A stretch of 64,000 bases of DNA from an uncultured Clostridia bacterium (GTDB taxonomy: Bacteria; Bacillota; Clostridia; Christensenellales; UBA3700): assembly GCA_947246685.1 (NCBI GenBank), contig CAMXSN010000001.1, positions 49,837-113,836 on the forward strand, written 5' to 3'. The notes under the pieces were generated by a model. It was not told the origin of the DNA, did no database searches, and saw only the letters and a program-made list of their open reading frames with translations. The translations under genes and the position numbers were made by a program. Below, piece after piece: positions 1 to 11,648 of this stretch (position 1 is the stretch's first letter; every line of letters starts with the position of its first letter).

Positions 1-286
1 TTTGGCGCTCATTGAGAAGATGATCGCGTCCTGTTGCGAAGACGGCGACGAGGTGGTCGTTTGCGAAAGAGACGACAAGATTATCACCAAGAAATTCGTT
101 GCCGATTTATCAAAAAAAGTCGGCAAGAAAATCTCTAGGAGCAACGAGTTCGGCGATTTCAAGGGCGGAGTTATACTGTCGGGTAAAAATTACGATAAGA
201 ATCTTACTCTCGATTTAGAATTGAGTTTGATAAGAGAAAGCATAGAAAGCAAAATCGTCGAAATTTTGTTTGGGAGCAAGAATTAA
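1..286 (+). CDS. ntpE: V/A-type ATP synthase subunit E, C-terminal part (5' truncated by window edge)
   Basis: ORF with GGVIL..G..YD.NLT motif typical of the subunit E C-terminus; directly upstream of subunits C-F-A-B-D. Confidence 0.85.
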   Translation, partial: LALIEKMIASCCEDGDEVVVCERDDKIITKKFVADLSKKVGKKISRSNEFGDFKGGVILSGKNYDKNLTLDLELSLIRESIESKIVEILFGSKN

Positions 287-289
287 ATT

Positions 290-1261
290 ATGGCAAACAG
301 CAGTTTAGTCTATTCCAATGCAAGAGTAAAGGCTATGGAGAACACTTTTCTATCCAATGAGAAGATTGTTCGCATGGCTTATTCCGACAGTCTGGAAGAG
401 GGCGTCAAGGTGCTTTTGGAGAGCGCTTACGGCGGCGGTATTATAGTCGAGACCAAGGATTACGAGGCTCTTTTGCAGGCGGAAGAAAAAAAAATCAGCG
501 AGTTTATTCTCGACGCTATGCCCAAAGATAAGGGGATGGAGAGTTTTTTGATAAAGAATGATTATCATAATCTCAAAGCTCTTGTCAAGGGGAAATATAT
601 GCGTCTGGACAACGTTGATTTTATGCTTATGCCAAAAGGCTTGCTTGATATAGACGAACTCAAAGAAAAGGTATTGGGCGACGATTATTCCGGACTGTCA
701 AAGAATATGAGCGCGGCTTTGCTCGCTATAGACGGCGCGCGCGCAGACGGCAAGCTGTCGCCTAGGTTTATCGACGTGACGTTGGAAAAGGTTTGTTACA
801 GAGAAATATTTGCATATCTGAAAAAAGTCAAAGTGCCGTCCATCCTTACTTATTGGCAGACCGACGCGGATTTTTCCAACGTATCATCTTATATCAGAAG
901 CGCAAGATGCGGCAACGGCGAATTGTTTAGACAAGGTTTTATCGACGGAGGGAAATTGGATTTGAGCTTTTTTGACGTCGATCAGTCTCAATTTGCCGAG
1001 AAATTAAGGTATTCTCCTTATGCGCAGATAGCAGATTGCGTAAAAGATTTGGATATGGTGACTTTTGAAAGAATATGGGATAATACGCTGCTTTCCGTTT
1101 TCAAGGAAAAGCGCAACGACATATTCACTGTATCTCCTATAGCCGGATTTTATATCGCAAAGAAAATCGAGATAAAAATCGTAAGGATGATTTGTATACT
1201 TCTCAAAAACGACGTCGATAAAGACGTGATAAAGATGAGACTGAGGGAACTGTATGCGTGA
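290..1261 (+). CDS. ntpC: V/A-type ATP synthase subunit C
   Basis: N-terminal YSNARVKAME and C-terminal RLRELY motifs; operon position. Confidence 0.9.
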   Translation: MANSSLVYSNARVKAMENTFLSNEKIVRMAYSDSLEEGVKVLLESAYGGGIIVETKDYEALLQAEEKKISEFILDAMPKDKGMESFLIKNDYHNLKALVKGKYMRLDNVDFMLMPKGLLDIDELKEKVLGDDYSGLSKNMSAALLAIDGARADGKLSPRFIDVTLEKVCYREIFAYLKKVKVPSILTYWQTDADFSNVSSYIRSARCGNGELFRQGFIDGGKLDLSFFDVDQSQFAEKLRYSPYAQIADCVKDLDMVTFERIWDNTLLSVFKEKRNDIFTVSPIAGFYIAKKIEIKIVRMICILLKNDVDKDVIKMRLRELYA

Positions 1262-1580
1262 AGGCAAGATAGCCGTAGTTGGCGATAAAGATTTGATATT
1301 GGCGTTCAAAGCGATAAGTATGGACGTGTTTTGCGCAGAAGATAAAGACGAGGGAGAAAAGGTCATACGCAAACTTGCCAAGACTTATTCGGTCATCTTC
1401 GTCACCGAAGATTTGGCTGCTCAATTGGACGGATTGCTTTGTAAATACAAGACAAAAGCATATCCTGCGATTATTCCCATTCCCAAATCCGGCAAAAGCA
1501 ACGGATATGGAATGGCAGGAATAAAAGCCGACGTAGAACGGGCTATCGGAACAGATATATTGTTTAATAAGGAAGATTGA
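1254..1580 (+). CDS. ntpG: V/A-type ATP synthase subunit F
   Basis: [16 protein letters not shown]...PAIIPIP...VERAIGTDI, typical subunit F (NtpG in Enterococcus nomenclature). Confidence 0.9.
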   Translation: MREGKIAVVGDKDLILAFKAISMDVFCAEDKDEGEKVIRKLAKTYSVIFVTEDLAAQLDGLLCKYKTKAYPAIIPIPKSGKSNGYGMAGIKADVERAIGTDILFNKED

Positions 1581-1582
1581 TT

Positions 1583-3343
1583 ATGCAAGAAATAGGAAGA
1601 GTTATCAAAGTTTCAGGACCGCTAATCGTGGCGGAAGGTATGCGCAACTGCAAGATGTTTGACGTTGTGCGCGTCAGCGAGGAAAATCTTATCGGCGAGA
1701 TTATCGAATTGAGAGACGATAAGGCTTCGATACAGGTTTACGAAGAGACGAGCGGATTGGGCACGGGGGCGAAAGTAGTCTCAACGGAAGCTCCTTTGAG
1801 CGTCGAACTTGGACCTGGAATTATCGAAGGTATATACGACGGCATCCAAAGACCTTTGACAAAACTCGTTGAAGCTATGGGCGACAGAATAGGACGCGGA
1901 GTTGATATGCCTGCGCTTGATCACAAAAAACTCTGGGATTTTCAACCGAGGAAAAAGGTCGGCGACAGCGTGAGTGCGGGCGATATTCTGGGCGTCGTGC
2001 AGGAGACTAAGATAGTCGAGCACAGAATCATGGCTCCCATCGGCGTTGAGGGTAAGATAAAATCTATCGTCGGAGGCGAACGTACTATCGACGACGTTGT
2101 CTGCGTAATCTCTACGAAAAAAGGCGACGTCAAAGTCACCATGTGTCAGAAATGGCCTGTCAGAGTGGGAAGACCTTTTAAGAGCAAGATGTATCCCACT
2201 GCCCCTCTCGTCACCGGACAGAGGACGATAGACACGTTTTTCCCAGTTGCAAAAGGCGGAGCGGCTTGTATTCCGGGACCGTTCGGCAGCGGAAAAACGG
2301 TCGTTCAGCATCAGTTGGCAAAGTGGTCCGACGCCGACATAATAGTATACGTGGGTTGCGGCGAACGCGGTAATGAGATGACTGACGTACTCAACGAATT
2401 TCCGGAATTGATCGATCCTAAAACGGGCGAACCGCTTATGAAACGCACTGTGCTTATCGCCAATACTTCCGATATGCCGGTTGCGGCGCGCGAAGCGTCT
2501 ATGTATACGGGAATTACTATTGCGGAATATTTTAGAGATATGGGTTACAACGTGGCAATTATGGCGGATTCGTCGTCGCGTTGGGCAGAAGCTCTGAGAG
2601 AAATGTCCAGCCGTCTCGAAGAAATGCCGGGCGACGAAGGATATCCCGCTTATTTGGCTTCAAGACTTGCAAGCTATTATGAAAGAGCCGGTATAGTCAC
2701 TGCGTTGGGCAGCGAGGATAGGACGGGTTCCGTCACCGCAATCAGCGCGGTATCTCCTCCTGGAGGCGACTTGTCAGAGCCTGTTACTCAGTCTACGCTG
2801 AGAATAGTCAAAGTATTCTGGGGACTGAGCGCTTCGTTGGCTTACAGAAGACATTTCCCCGCTATAGATTGGATGCAGAGTTATTCTCTCTACGTGGACA
2901 GATTAGGCGATTGGTACGGAAAAAATTCCGACAGGAAGTGGAACGATAACCGTCAGCAGGCAATGACGATATTGCAAGAAGAAGCCAATCTCGACGAAAT
3001 CGTCAGACTTGTCGGCGTAGACGCATTGAGTTATGAAGACAGACTTACGATGGAGGCGGCGAAGTCGATAAGAGAAGATTATCTGCAGCAAGACGCTTTC
3101 GACGACGTGGATACCTATGCAAGTCTTAACAAACAGTACAAAATGCTCAATCTCATTTTGGAATGCTACAGACTTTCGCAGGACGCGTTGCGCAGAGGCG
3201 CCGATTTTGACGAAATAATCGCCATTCCTGCGCGAGAGGCTATCGGAAGAATGAAGTTTATACCCGAAAGTGAAATTACCAAGCTCGACGAGATTTTCGA
3301 AGCCATGAAGTCGCAACTTGATCAACTTGCTTACGTAGACTAA
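1583..3343 (+). CDS. ntpA: V/A-type ATP synthase subunit A (catalytic)
   Basis: Walker [33 protein letters not shown]; ATG at 1583 chosen. Confidence 0.98.
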   Translation: MQEIGRVIKVSGPLIVAEGMRNCKMFDVVRVSEENLIGEIIELRDDKASIQVYEETSGLGTGAKVVSTEAPLSVELGPGIIEGIYDGIQRPLTKLVEAMGDRIGRGVDMPALDHKKLWDFQPRKKVGDSVSAGDILGVVQETKIVEHRIMAPIGVEGKIKSIVGGERTIDDVVCVISTKKGDVKVTMCQKWPVRVGRPFKSKMYPTAPLVTGQRTIDTFFPVAKGGAACIPGPFGSGKTVVQHQLAKWSDADIIVYVGCGERGNEMTDVLNEFPELIDPKTGEPLMKRTVLIANTSDMPVAAREASMYTGITIAEYFRDMGYNVAIMADSSSRWAEALREMSSRLEEMPGDEGYPAYLASRLASYYERAGIVTALGSEDRTGSVTAISAVSPPGGDLSEPVTQSTLRIVKVFWGLSASLAYRRHFPAIDWMQSYSLYVDRLGDWYGKNSDRKWNDNRQQAMTILQEEANLDEIVRLVGVDALSYEDRLTMEAAKSIREDYLQQDAFDDVDTYASLNKQYKMLNLILECYRLSQDALRRGADFDEIIAIPAREAIGRMKFIPESEITKLDEIFEAMKSQLDQLAYVD

Positions 3344-3353
3344 GGAGACGTTT

Positions 3354-4766
3354 ATGTTGAAAGAATACAAATCAATCAGAGAAATAGTCGGACCGCTTAT
3401 GGTTGTGGACGGCGTTCAAGGAGTCGCTTATAACGAATTGGTAGAGATAAGCGCAAAAGACGGCTCTGTTCGCAGAGGAAAAGTATTGGAAGTCAACGGC
3501 GATAAAGCCGTGGTGCAACTTTTCGAGGGTGCTCAGGGAATTCAAATGTCCACGTCTAAGGCAAGATTCTTGGGCAGAAGTCTGGAGCTTGCGGTTTCTG
3601 AAGATATGCTTGGAAGGATATTCGACGGATTGGGCAATCCCAAAGACGGCGGGGCTCCGATTATCGCCGAGAAAAAATTGGATATAAACGGTCAGCCGAT
3701 TAATCCCGCCGCAAGAAATTTTCCCGATGAATTTATTCAGACTGGCATCTCTGCAATCGACGGATTGAATACCTTGGTCAGAGGTCAAAAGCTTCCGGTC
3801 TTTTCCGCGTCGGGACTTCCGCACGCCGAACTTGCCGCTCAGATTGCAAGACAGGCTAAGGTGCTTAACAGCGACTCAAAATTTGCGGTAGTTTTTGCCG
3901 CTATGGGAATAACTTATGAAGAAGCTGAATTCTTTATGCAAGATTTTCGTAAGACGGGCGCAATAGAGCGCGCCGTAATGTTTGTCAATCTTGCCAACGA
4001 TCCGGCGGTAGAGCGAATCGCCACGCCGAGAATGGCTTTGACAGCGGCTGAATATCTGGCCTTTGAGAAAGGTATGCACGTGCTCGTCATAATGACTGAT
4101 ATCACCAATTATTGCGAAGCGTTGAGAGAGGTGTCTGCCGCGAGAAAAGAAGTGCCCGGCAGAAGAGGTTATCCCGGTTATCTATATACGGACCTTGCTA
4201 CTATGTATGAAAGAGCGGGCAGAATACTCGGCAAAGAAGGAAGTATTACTCAGATACCTATTCTCACTATGCCCGAGGAAGATAAGACGCATCCTATTCC
4301 CGATTTAACGGGCTATATAACCGAAGGTCAGATTATATTCGGCAGAGAGCTCAATAAGAAAGGCTATACTCCTCCGATAGACGTATTGCCGTCTCTCAGC
4401 CGTCTCAAACAGAAAGGTATAGGCGAAGGCAAGACTAGAGAAGATCACTCGGGCAATATGAATCAGCTGTTCGCCGCATATGCCAAGGGCAAAGAATGCA
4501 AAGAACTGTCGGCGATACTCGGCGACGCGGCTCTGACGCCTCTGGATAGGCAATATGCGTTTTTTGCCGAAGAGTTTGAGAAGAGATATATCAATCAAGG
4601 TTTCTATACCAATAGGAGTATCGAAGAGACTTTGCAGATCGGTTGGGAATTGCTTGCGTTACTTCCCAGATCGGAAATGAAGAGGATTAAAGATAAGCAT
4701 CTCGAAAAATATTTTGATCCTATTAAGGCAAAACTAGAAGCAGAGAAAGCCGACGCGCAGAATTAA
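3354..4766 (+). CDS. ntpB: V/A-type ATP synthase subunit B
   Basis: [42 protein letters not shown]; SD AAGGAG. Confidence 0.98.
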   Translation: MLKEYKSIREIVGPLMVVDGVQGVAYNELVEISAKDGSVRRGKVLEVNGDKAVVQLFEGAQGIQMSTSKARFLGRSLELAVSEDMLGRIFDGLGNPKDGGAPIIAEKKLDINGQPINPAARNFPDEFIQTGISAIDGLNTLVRGQKLPVFSASGLPHAELAAQIARQAKVLNSDSKFAVVFAAMGITYEEAEFFMQDFRKTGAIERAVMFVNLANDPAVERIATPRMALTAAEYLAFEKGMHVLVIMTDITNYCEALREVSAARKEVPGRRGYPGYLYTDLATMYERAGRILGKEGSITQIPILTMPEEDKTHPIPDLTGYITEGQIIFGRELNKKGYTPPIDVLPSLSRLKQKGIGEGKTREDHSGNMNQLFAAYAKGKECKELSAILGDAALTPLDRQYAFFAEEFEKRYINQGFYTNRSIEETLQIGWELLALLPRSEMKRIKDKHLEKYFDPIKAKLEAEKADAQN

Positions 4767-4806
4767 AGTATTTGACATGACAGCTGATATTGGCGGAATA
4801 TTTATA

Positions 4807-4821
4807 TTGAACATTGTTCAA
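4807..4821. repeat. Dispersed palindrome TTGAACATTGTTCAA, copy 1
   Basis: Perfect TTGAAC-N3-GTTCAA in the ntpB-ntpD spacer. Confidence 0.85.
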
Positions 4822-4930
4822 TTAGATTATACGCAAATAGCTAGTTAGATCGTCGCTAATACGCGTGTAGTTGGAAAGCAAAGCAAAATAATAATGCAAT
4901 ACGGAGTATTTGAGAAATAAAAACAGCGCA

Positions 4931-4945
4931 TTGAACATTGTTCAA
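4931..4945. repeat. Dispersed palindrome TTGAACATTGTTCAA, copy 2
   Basis: Identical to copy 1, 124 bp downstream. Confidence 0.85.
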
Positions 4946-4975
4946 GCTCTATCCGTAGCAGTATAAGGCAACAAT

Positions 4976-5614
4976 ATGGCAGGAAGATTACAGGTAAATC
5001 CGACCAGAATGGAGCTGAAACGCCTTAAAACAAGGCTAAAAACAGCTCAAAGAGGTCACAAATTACTCAAAGATAAGTCCGACGAAATGATACGCCGGTT
5101 TATGGAGTTTGCCAAAGAGAATAAATCGCTCAGAGAGGAAGTCGAGAAAGAACTTTCTTCCGCTTTAACTACCTTTGTCGTTGCTAAAGCAGTGAGCGAC
5201 GAAGCCGCTATACAGCAAGCCGTTGCAATGCCGTCAAAGACAGTCAGCTTGGATATGGACAGCCGCAACGTTATGAGCGTATTAGTGCCCGTTATTAATA
5301 TCAAAGAAAGTCAGTCGGGAGAGACGTATCCCTACGCTTTTTCTTCCGTTACGGCAGAACTTGACAGCTCTATAGAGGCGCTTAACAAAATTCTGCACAA
5401 GATGGTCAAGCTTGCGGAAGTAGAGAAGACTTGCAATATGCTTGCAATCGAGATAGAGAAAAATAGGCGCCGCGTCAACGCGCTTGAATACGTTATGATA
5501 CCGCAATTGGAAGAGACGATAAGGTTTATTACCATGAAGTTGGATGAAAACGAAAGAAGCAACATTGTCCGACTTGTCAAAGTAAAATCTATGATTGCCG
5601 AGGAGAGAGGCTGA
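4976..5614 (+). CDS. ntpD: V/A-type ATP synthase subunit D
   Basis: VNPTRMELKRLK...RGHKLLKDK...RRRVNALEY. Confidence 0.97.
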   Translation: MAGRLQVNPTRMELKRLKTRLKTAQRGHKLLKDKSDEMIRRFMEFAKENKSLREEVEKELSSALTTFVVAKAVSDEAAIQQAVAMPSKTVSLDMDSRNVMSVLVPVINIKESQSGETYPYAFSSVTAELDSSIEALNKILHKMVKLAEVEKTCNMLAIEIEKNRRRVNALEYVMIPQLEETIRFITMKLDENERSNIVRLVKVKSMIAEERG

Positions 5615-5856
5615 TGTCCAAGACGCTCAAAGATCTGTGTTTTCTTACTGCAGTGTTGTTGCCGCCGTTGGCATTAATACTCTTTTTTACCGTCAAGGTC
5701 GAAGAATATAAGAAAGCTTTCAAAATAGGCATGTTATACGGACTGGTACTGTGGATTGCCGTAATAATGATTGTAAGTTTTGCTATGTGCGATCCCAATT
5801 CGGGAGGATACGGCGATAAAAGCGTATTAGATTTGACGCAACGTTTTAGTTGCTGA
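5614..5856 (+). CDS. Small hypothetical membrane protein (2 predicted TM segments)
   Basis: TGATG stop/start overlap with ntpD; two hydrophobic stretches. Confidence 0.55.
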   Translation: MSKTLKDLCFLTAVLLPPLALILFFTVKVEEYKKAFKIGMLYGLVLWIAVIMIVSFAMCDPNSGGYGDKSVLDLTQRFSC

Positions 5857-5915
5857 CACATTTATATTTTATTAATAGAAGCTATTATAAGAACTTAATA
5901 TTGATATAAGAATGC

Positions 5916-5941
5916 AAAAAGCGCCCTTTAAGGACGCTTTT
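5916..5941. terminator. Bidirectional intrinsic terminator
   Basis: AAAAAGCGCCCT-TTA-AGGACGCTTTT hairpin between convergent genes. Confidence 0.7.
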
Positions 5942-5957
5942 ATTACTGTTGGTTAAT

Positions 5958-6689
5958 TTATTTTTTATCGGTTTTGCCGCCGTTTTCTCTGCTGCTGACG
6001 ATTTCTTTGTTTTCGGGATTGATTATTACCGACCAATAATCGTTCTTATCCTTAATGAACGAAACGTACCAATAGTATTCGGGCTCGTCGCTTCCTTGTG
6101 ATTGGCAGAGCAGTTTGACGTAACATTCTCTGTCAAAAGTCTTGCTGTTGATAGCCTGATCTATCGCATCCTTGTAATGCGTGTAGGCTATCTCCAACGC
6201 GGCGTTTGCATCCGTTTGAGCAGGACATTTGTCTTGAAGTTCCAACTTGACGGGAGTGTTTTCGGTATCTTTTTCTTTTATTTCAAGAGTTTTGGGCGCG
6301 CCTATTTCTGCGGCGTTTTGAATTTTGCAAGACATATTGATTCCCAATCTGCTTTTTGTAATACTTCCGCTTACGCTCGATTTGTCACCAGTGAGAGTGT
6401 ATTCGTACGTTTTGGAAAGATTTGCGCTGTCTTTGGGCGTCAGCGTCAGCAAAGTGATATCCTTTTTCGCATCGGCTTTACCGTCGGCAATAAAGAGTTC
6501 TTCTTGCCTGGTAGAGGAGAGTTTTACGTCGAAGTTGTCGTCTTCTGCTATATAATATCCCGTCTGCATATAGCTTACGTTGTCGCAAAGTTTTTCATAA
6601 GTCGTCTTTGGTTTTTCACAGCCCGCGAAAGCTAACGCGACGCAAAGTATTATTGCGGTCGGAATCGCTGTTTTGATAAACTTTTTCAT
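5958..6689 (-). CDS. Hypothetical lipoprotein, possible PepSY-like C-terminus
   Basis: MKKFIK...ALAFAGC lipobox; SD GGAGG before ATG 6689; ALEIA...YWYVSF...IINPENKEIV tail. Confidence 0.8.
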   Translation of the reverse strand: MKKFIKTAIPTAIILCVALAFAGCEKPKTTYEKLCDNVSYMQTGYYIAEDDNFDVKLSSTRQEELFIADGKADAKKDITLLTLTPKDSANLSKTYEYTLTGDKSSVSGSITKSRLGINMSCKIQNAAEIGAPKTLEIKEKDTENTPVKLELQDKCPAQTDANAALEIAYTHYKDAIDQAINSKTFDRECYVKLLCQSQGSDEPEYYWYVSFIKDKNDYWSVIINPENKEIVSSRENGGKTDKK

Positions 6690-6716
6690 TATATCCTCCA
6701 ATGATTTTGATACTAA

Positions 6717-6745
6717 ATAATATGATACAGCTTGTACGGATATGA
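6717..6745 (-). promoter_or_regulatory. Sigma-E-like sporulation promoter for the lipoprotein gene
   Basis: TCATAT-N15-CATATTAT on the minus strand. Confidence 0.5.
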
Positions 6746-6859
6746 CAATATAGATTTTGTTTTGCCGCCGTAATTGATAAGTAGAGGACTTTGCGTTATT
6801 TAGCTCTCTCGTTGAAGATAATAATAGCTTGATGAGATAAAACGTTATATCATAATAAA

Positions 6860-6886
6860 CGCGCCCGCTTATATTGCGGGCGCGCA
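6860..6886 (-). terminator. Terminator-like GC hairpin downstream of the GH3 gene
   Basis: GCGCCCGC-TTATATT-GCGGGCGC. Confidence 0.6.
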
Positions 6887-6908
6887 GGTGTTATATTAAA
6901 GAGGGAAT

Positions 6909-9536
6909 TTAGCGCTTGCTATCCGATTCCGATTTTGCCTTTTGAGCAAGTTTCACTTCGCGTTTTTCATTCTTTTCGATTATTTTAGCGTCTTTTTTTG
7001 CCAGCTTGCTCTTTTCTTTCTCGATGGCTTTCTTCTCTTTTTCTTTTTGTTTTATTTCTTTTATCAGGTCGTTGACCATTACGGATTTGCCTTCTTTTCT
7101 GCGCTTTTCGATAGTATTCTTTTTAAGAAGATTTCCAAGAGTACCGAATACGCCGCTCAACAGCTTAAACATAGCTCTGAAATATTTCTTGTTGCCCCAC
7201 ATTAGCATACCGTCGATTAAAGTGCGGTGGATAAGTCCCGAAGATATTCCTACAAGTCCTCTCAATGGCATTTCTTCCATACCTTGTTTGAGCATCATCA
7301 TTGTCGTGATGTCCGCGTTGGGCACTTGACTTTTAATTATAGAAGGCGCAACTTTAACGATAAATTTTCCTACAAGACAGACTTTCAGTTCCCCAATCGT
7401 AGTGTTGTAGTCGAAATAACCGCGTTTATTGACTTCGTTTGCAGGCACGTCGCCGCCGTGAAGATTATAGAAATCTTCATCGGGAATTTCGCTGACGTTT
7501 TCGATATCGTAATAGCTGGGACAGATGCTCTTGTAATCGGGCACTTTCTTTTCTTCACGTCCGAATTTGACGTCGATTGAGCCTTGCAATCTTATATCGC
7601 GGCTTGACGCTCCGATAAGGATATTGTATTTGCCGTCGTTGGCATACCAATCGTTTATCGCCGTGTTGTAGAACGCGAAAGAACGGTAATCCAATTCGTG
7701 CGTCACACATACGCTTTCGCCCTTTTTGATAAAGACTTTTTCAAAGCCTTTTAATTCTTTTTTAGCTTTGAATACTATAGGATCGGTATCGCTGACGTAC
7801 AGCTGACATATCTCGTAGCCGTCGCAATCTCCTACGTTGGTGACGGTATAAGATACTTTCATGCCGTCGATTTTGAGATCGCTGTATTGGAATTTAGTAT
7901 ACGACAGTCCGTAGCCGAACGGGAATAGCACGTTTTTGTTTGCCGAGTCGAAGTATCTGTAACCTACGTAAATTGATTCTCTATATTCAACGTTTTTCGG
8001 TCCCATCGGGAAGTACTTGGATACAATATTGTCGTCCGGCTTGACGGGATACGTTTCCGCCAGTTTTCCGCTTGGGTTGACTTTGCCGAATATTACGTTG
8101 TAGAGCGCTTCGCCGCCGGCTTCGCCCGGCAAATAAGCGTTGAGCAGGGTAGATACCTTGTCTATCCACGGCATAACGATAGGAGATCCGCCGAAGAGCA
8201 CAACAACGGTGTTGGGATTGATCGAAGTCATCACGTCTATAAGATCGCTGTGGCTTTTTGGAATCTGCATATGACTGCGGTCATAACTTTCGCTCTCGTA
8301 TTTGTCCGTCAAACCGACGAACAGCAAGACTTTTTTATGTTTTTTGGCAATTTGAATTGCGTCTTGCAACAAATTTTCATCGAGTTTGTCGTCGTTGATG
8401 TCATATGCCGGCGCAAATTCGTATTGTTTTCCGTTGGCTTTGAGAGCGTCTAGGAAATTAACTAATTTGTAAGGATTTATTCTTGAAGAGCCGGAACCTT
8501 GGTATCGCAAAGTATTTGCGAGTTCTCCGATGACGGCAATATCGTCTTCTTCGCTCAACGGCAGAACGGATTCGTCGTTTTTGAGCAGTACCATTGACTG
8601 TTCGGCAATCTCTCTGGCAATTTCATGAGCAGCTTCATAGTCGGCCTGATAATCCGGCTGAAGTCCCGAATAGCTTTTGATGACGAAATCCAGCAGTCTT
8701 TCTACGACGATATCGAGTTCTTTCTCGTCGAGTTTGCCGTCTTTAACGGCTTTGACGATTTGCTTATCGGTAGCGCCGCCGCAACTCGGCATCTCAAGGT
8801 CAAGCCCTGCCTTTATTGCTTCCACGCGGTTGTTAAGCGCGTTCCAATCGCTCACTACGATGCCTTTGAATCCCCATTCGTCTCTCAAAATATCGGTGAG
8901 AAGACGCTTGTTGTCGGATAGATAGACGTTGTTGAGCTTGTTGTAAGAGCACATAACCGTATCGGGTTGAGCCTTGACGGCTTCTTCAAACGCGGGCAGA
9001 TATATTTCTCTCAGTGCGCGCTCGTCTACTACGCTGTTGACGGTCATTCTGAGTTTTTCTTGATTGTTGGCGCAGAAATGCTTGAGGGAAGTGCCTACGT
9101 CGTTTGCCTGCACTCCCTTGATATATCTTGCGCACAGCCTTCCGGACAGATAAGGGTCTTCGGACAAATACTCGAAGTTTCTTCCGCACAGCGGACTTCT
9201 TTTGATATTAGTGCCGGGACCGAGAATCACGCTAACGTTTTGGTCAAGACATTCTTTGCCGAGCGCGTCGCCCATTTTTTCCGCCATTTCTTCGCTCCAG
9301 CTGCTTGCAAGACTGACTGCAGGCGGAAACGCCGTGGCGGGAAAAGACTGCTTCATGCCTACGTTGACGTCGTCATCGTTTTCCTTTCTCAGTCCGTGAG
9401 GACCGTCCGACATTAGGATACTGGGTACGCCTAGTCTTTTTATCGGTTTGGTACTCCAAAAGTCGTATCCCGAACATAATCCGGCTTTCTCTTCCAAAGT
9501 CATCTTGGTAATTAGAGTCTTAATCTCGTCAATCAT
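6909..9536 (-). CDS. Glycoside hydrolase family 3 beta-glucosidase (with FnIII-like domain)
   Basis: SDGPHGLR, GRNFEYLSEDP, KHF, VVSDW nucleophile motif, FPFGYGLSYT; SD GGAGG before ATG 9536. Confidence 0.95.
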   Translation of the reverse strand: MIDEIKTLITKMTLEEKAGLCSGYDFWSTKPIKRLGVPSILMSDGPHGLRKENDDDVNVGMKQSFPATAFPPAVSLASSWSEEMAEKMGDALGKECLDQNVSVILGPGTNIKRSPLCGRNFEYLSEDPYLSGRLCARYIKGVQANDVGTSLKHFCANNQEKLRMTVNSVVDERALREIYLPAFEEAVKAQPDTVMCSYNKLNNVYLSDNKRLLTDILRDEWGFKGIVVSDWNALNNRVEAIKAGLDLEMPSCGGATDKQIVKAVKDGKLDEKELDIVVERLLDFVIKSYSGLQPDYQADYEAAHEIAREIAEQSMVLLKNDESVLPLSEEDDIAVIGELANTLRYQGSGSSRINPYKLVNFLDALKANGKQYEFAPAYDINDDKLDENLLQDAIQIAKKHKKVLLFVGLTDKYESESYDRSHMQIPKSHSDLIDVMTSINPNTVVVLFGGSPIVMPWIDKVSTLLNAYLPGEAGGEALYNVIFGKVNPSGKLAETYPVKPDDNIVSKYFPMGPKNVEYRESIYVGYRYFDSANKNVLFPFGYGLSYTKFQYSDLKIDGMKVSYTVTNVGDCDGYEICQLYVSDTDPIVFKAKKELKGFEKVFIKKGESVCVTHELDYRSFAFYNTAINDWYANDGKYNILIGASSRDIRLQGSIDVKFGREEKKVPDYKSICPSYYDIENVSEIPDEDFYNLHGGDVPANEVNKRGYFDYNTTIGELKVCLVGKFIVKVAPSIIKSQVPNADITTMMMLKQGMEEMPLRGLVGISSGLIHRTLIDGMLMWGNKKYFRAMFKLLSGVFGTLGNLLKKNTIEKRRKEGKSVMVNDLIKEIKQKEKEKKAIEKEKSKLAKKDAKIIEKNEKREVKLAQKAKSESDSKR

Positions 9537-9751
9537 ATCTGACCTCCATTGTTGCATACGTCTATATTCTAACATATATAAAATATTTTTTCAACCTAAA
9601 ACGGATTTTTAAGCCGCAAATTAAAAAAGCGCTTCTAATATTGCGGCGACAACCGTGTTTTTAGACTGACATAGCGCTTTTTAGCTCGATATTGCGTTTT
9701 TGCCGCCGTAGCCACTTCCAAGAAAAGTATAGTTTTTTTGACTTTCAGCGC

Positions 9752-9780
9752 TTGCAATAAAACGTATATGCCATTATAAT
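9752..9780 (+). promoter_or_regulatory. Sigma-A-like promoter (distal, upstream of guaB)
   Basis: TTGCAA-N17-TATAAT. Confidence 0.5.
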
Positions 9781-9998
9781 TAAATGTAGTAGAACAAACT
9801 TGTTTTCAGACGGTTTTTGTCGGTCAGGAAATGTATACATTTTTGGAATTATGTGATTTTTGGGCGATTTTTGTAATAATTCAGTCAAAATAGGCATATA
9901 GATGAGCGCGTTTTGCCTATGATTTGAGTGATAATAATTTAAGTTTGACGTTTGTGTTCAAAATATAGTAAAAAATATCCGCCCCAGCGGTAAAATGT

Positions 9999-11512
<1,514 letters not shown>

Positions 11513-11539
11513 TTAATTTTTAATAAAAATTGTAGATAC

Positions 11540-11569
11540 AAAAAGTCCGCTTAAACAAGCGGACTTTTT
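11540..11569. terminator. Bidirectional intrinsic terminator guaB/glyQS
   Basis: AAAAAGTCCGCTT-AAAC-AAGCGGACTTTTT. Confidence 0.85.
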
Positions 11570-11648
11570 CATCTTAGGTATATTAAATTACTTTTGTATC
11601 TTCAAGCGTTGTCGTTTGCAAATATCTATGTATAAGATATTGTCTGGA

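Noticed and set aside
4807-4945. Direct repeat pair read as a mini CRISPR array
   Set aside because: Only two 15-bp copies with a 109-bp interval, and no cas genes in the window
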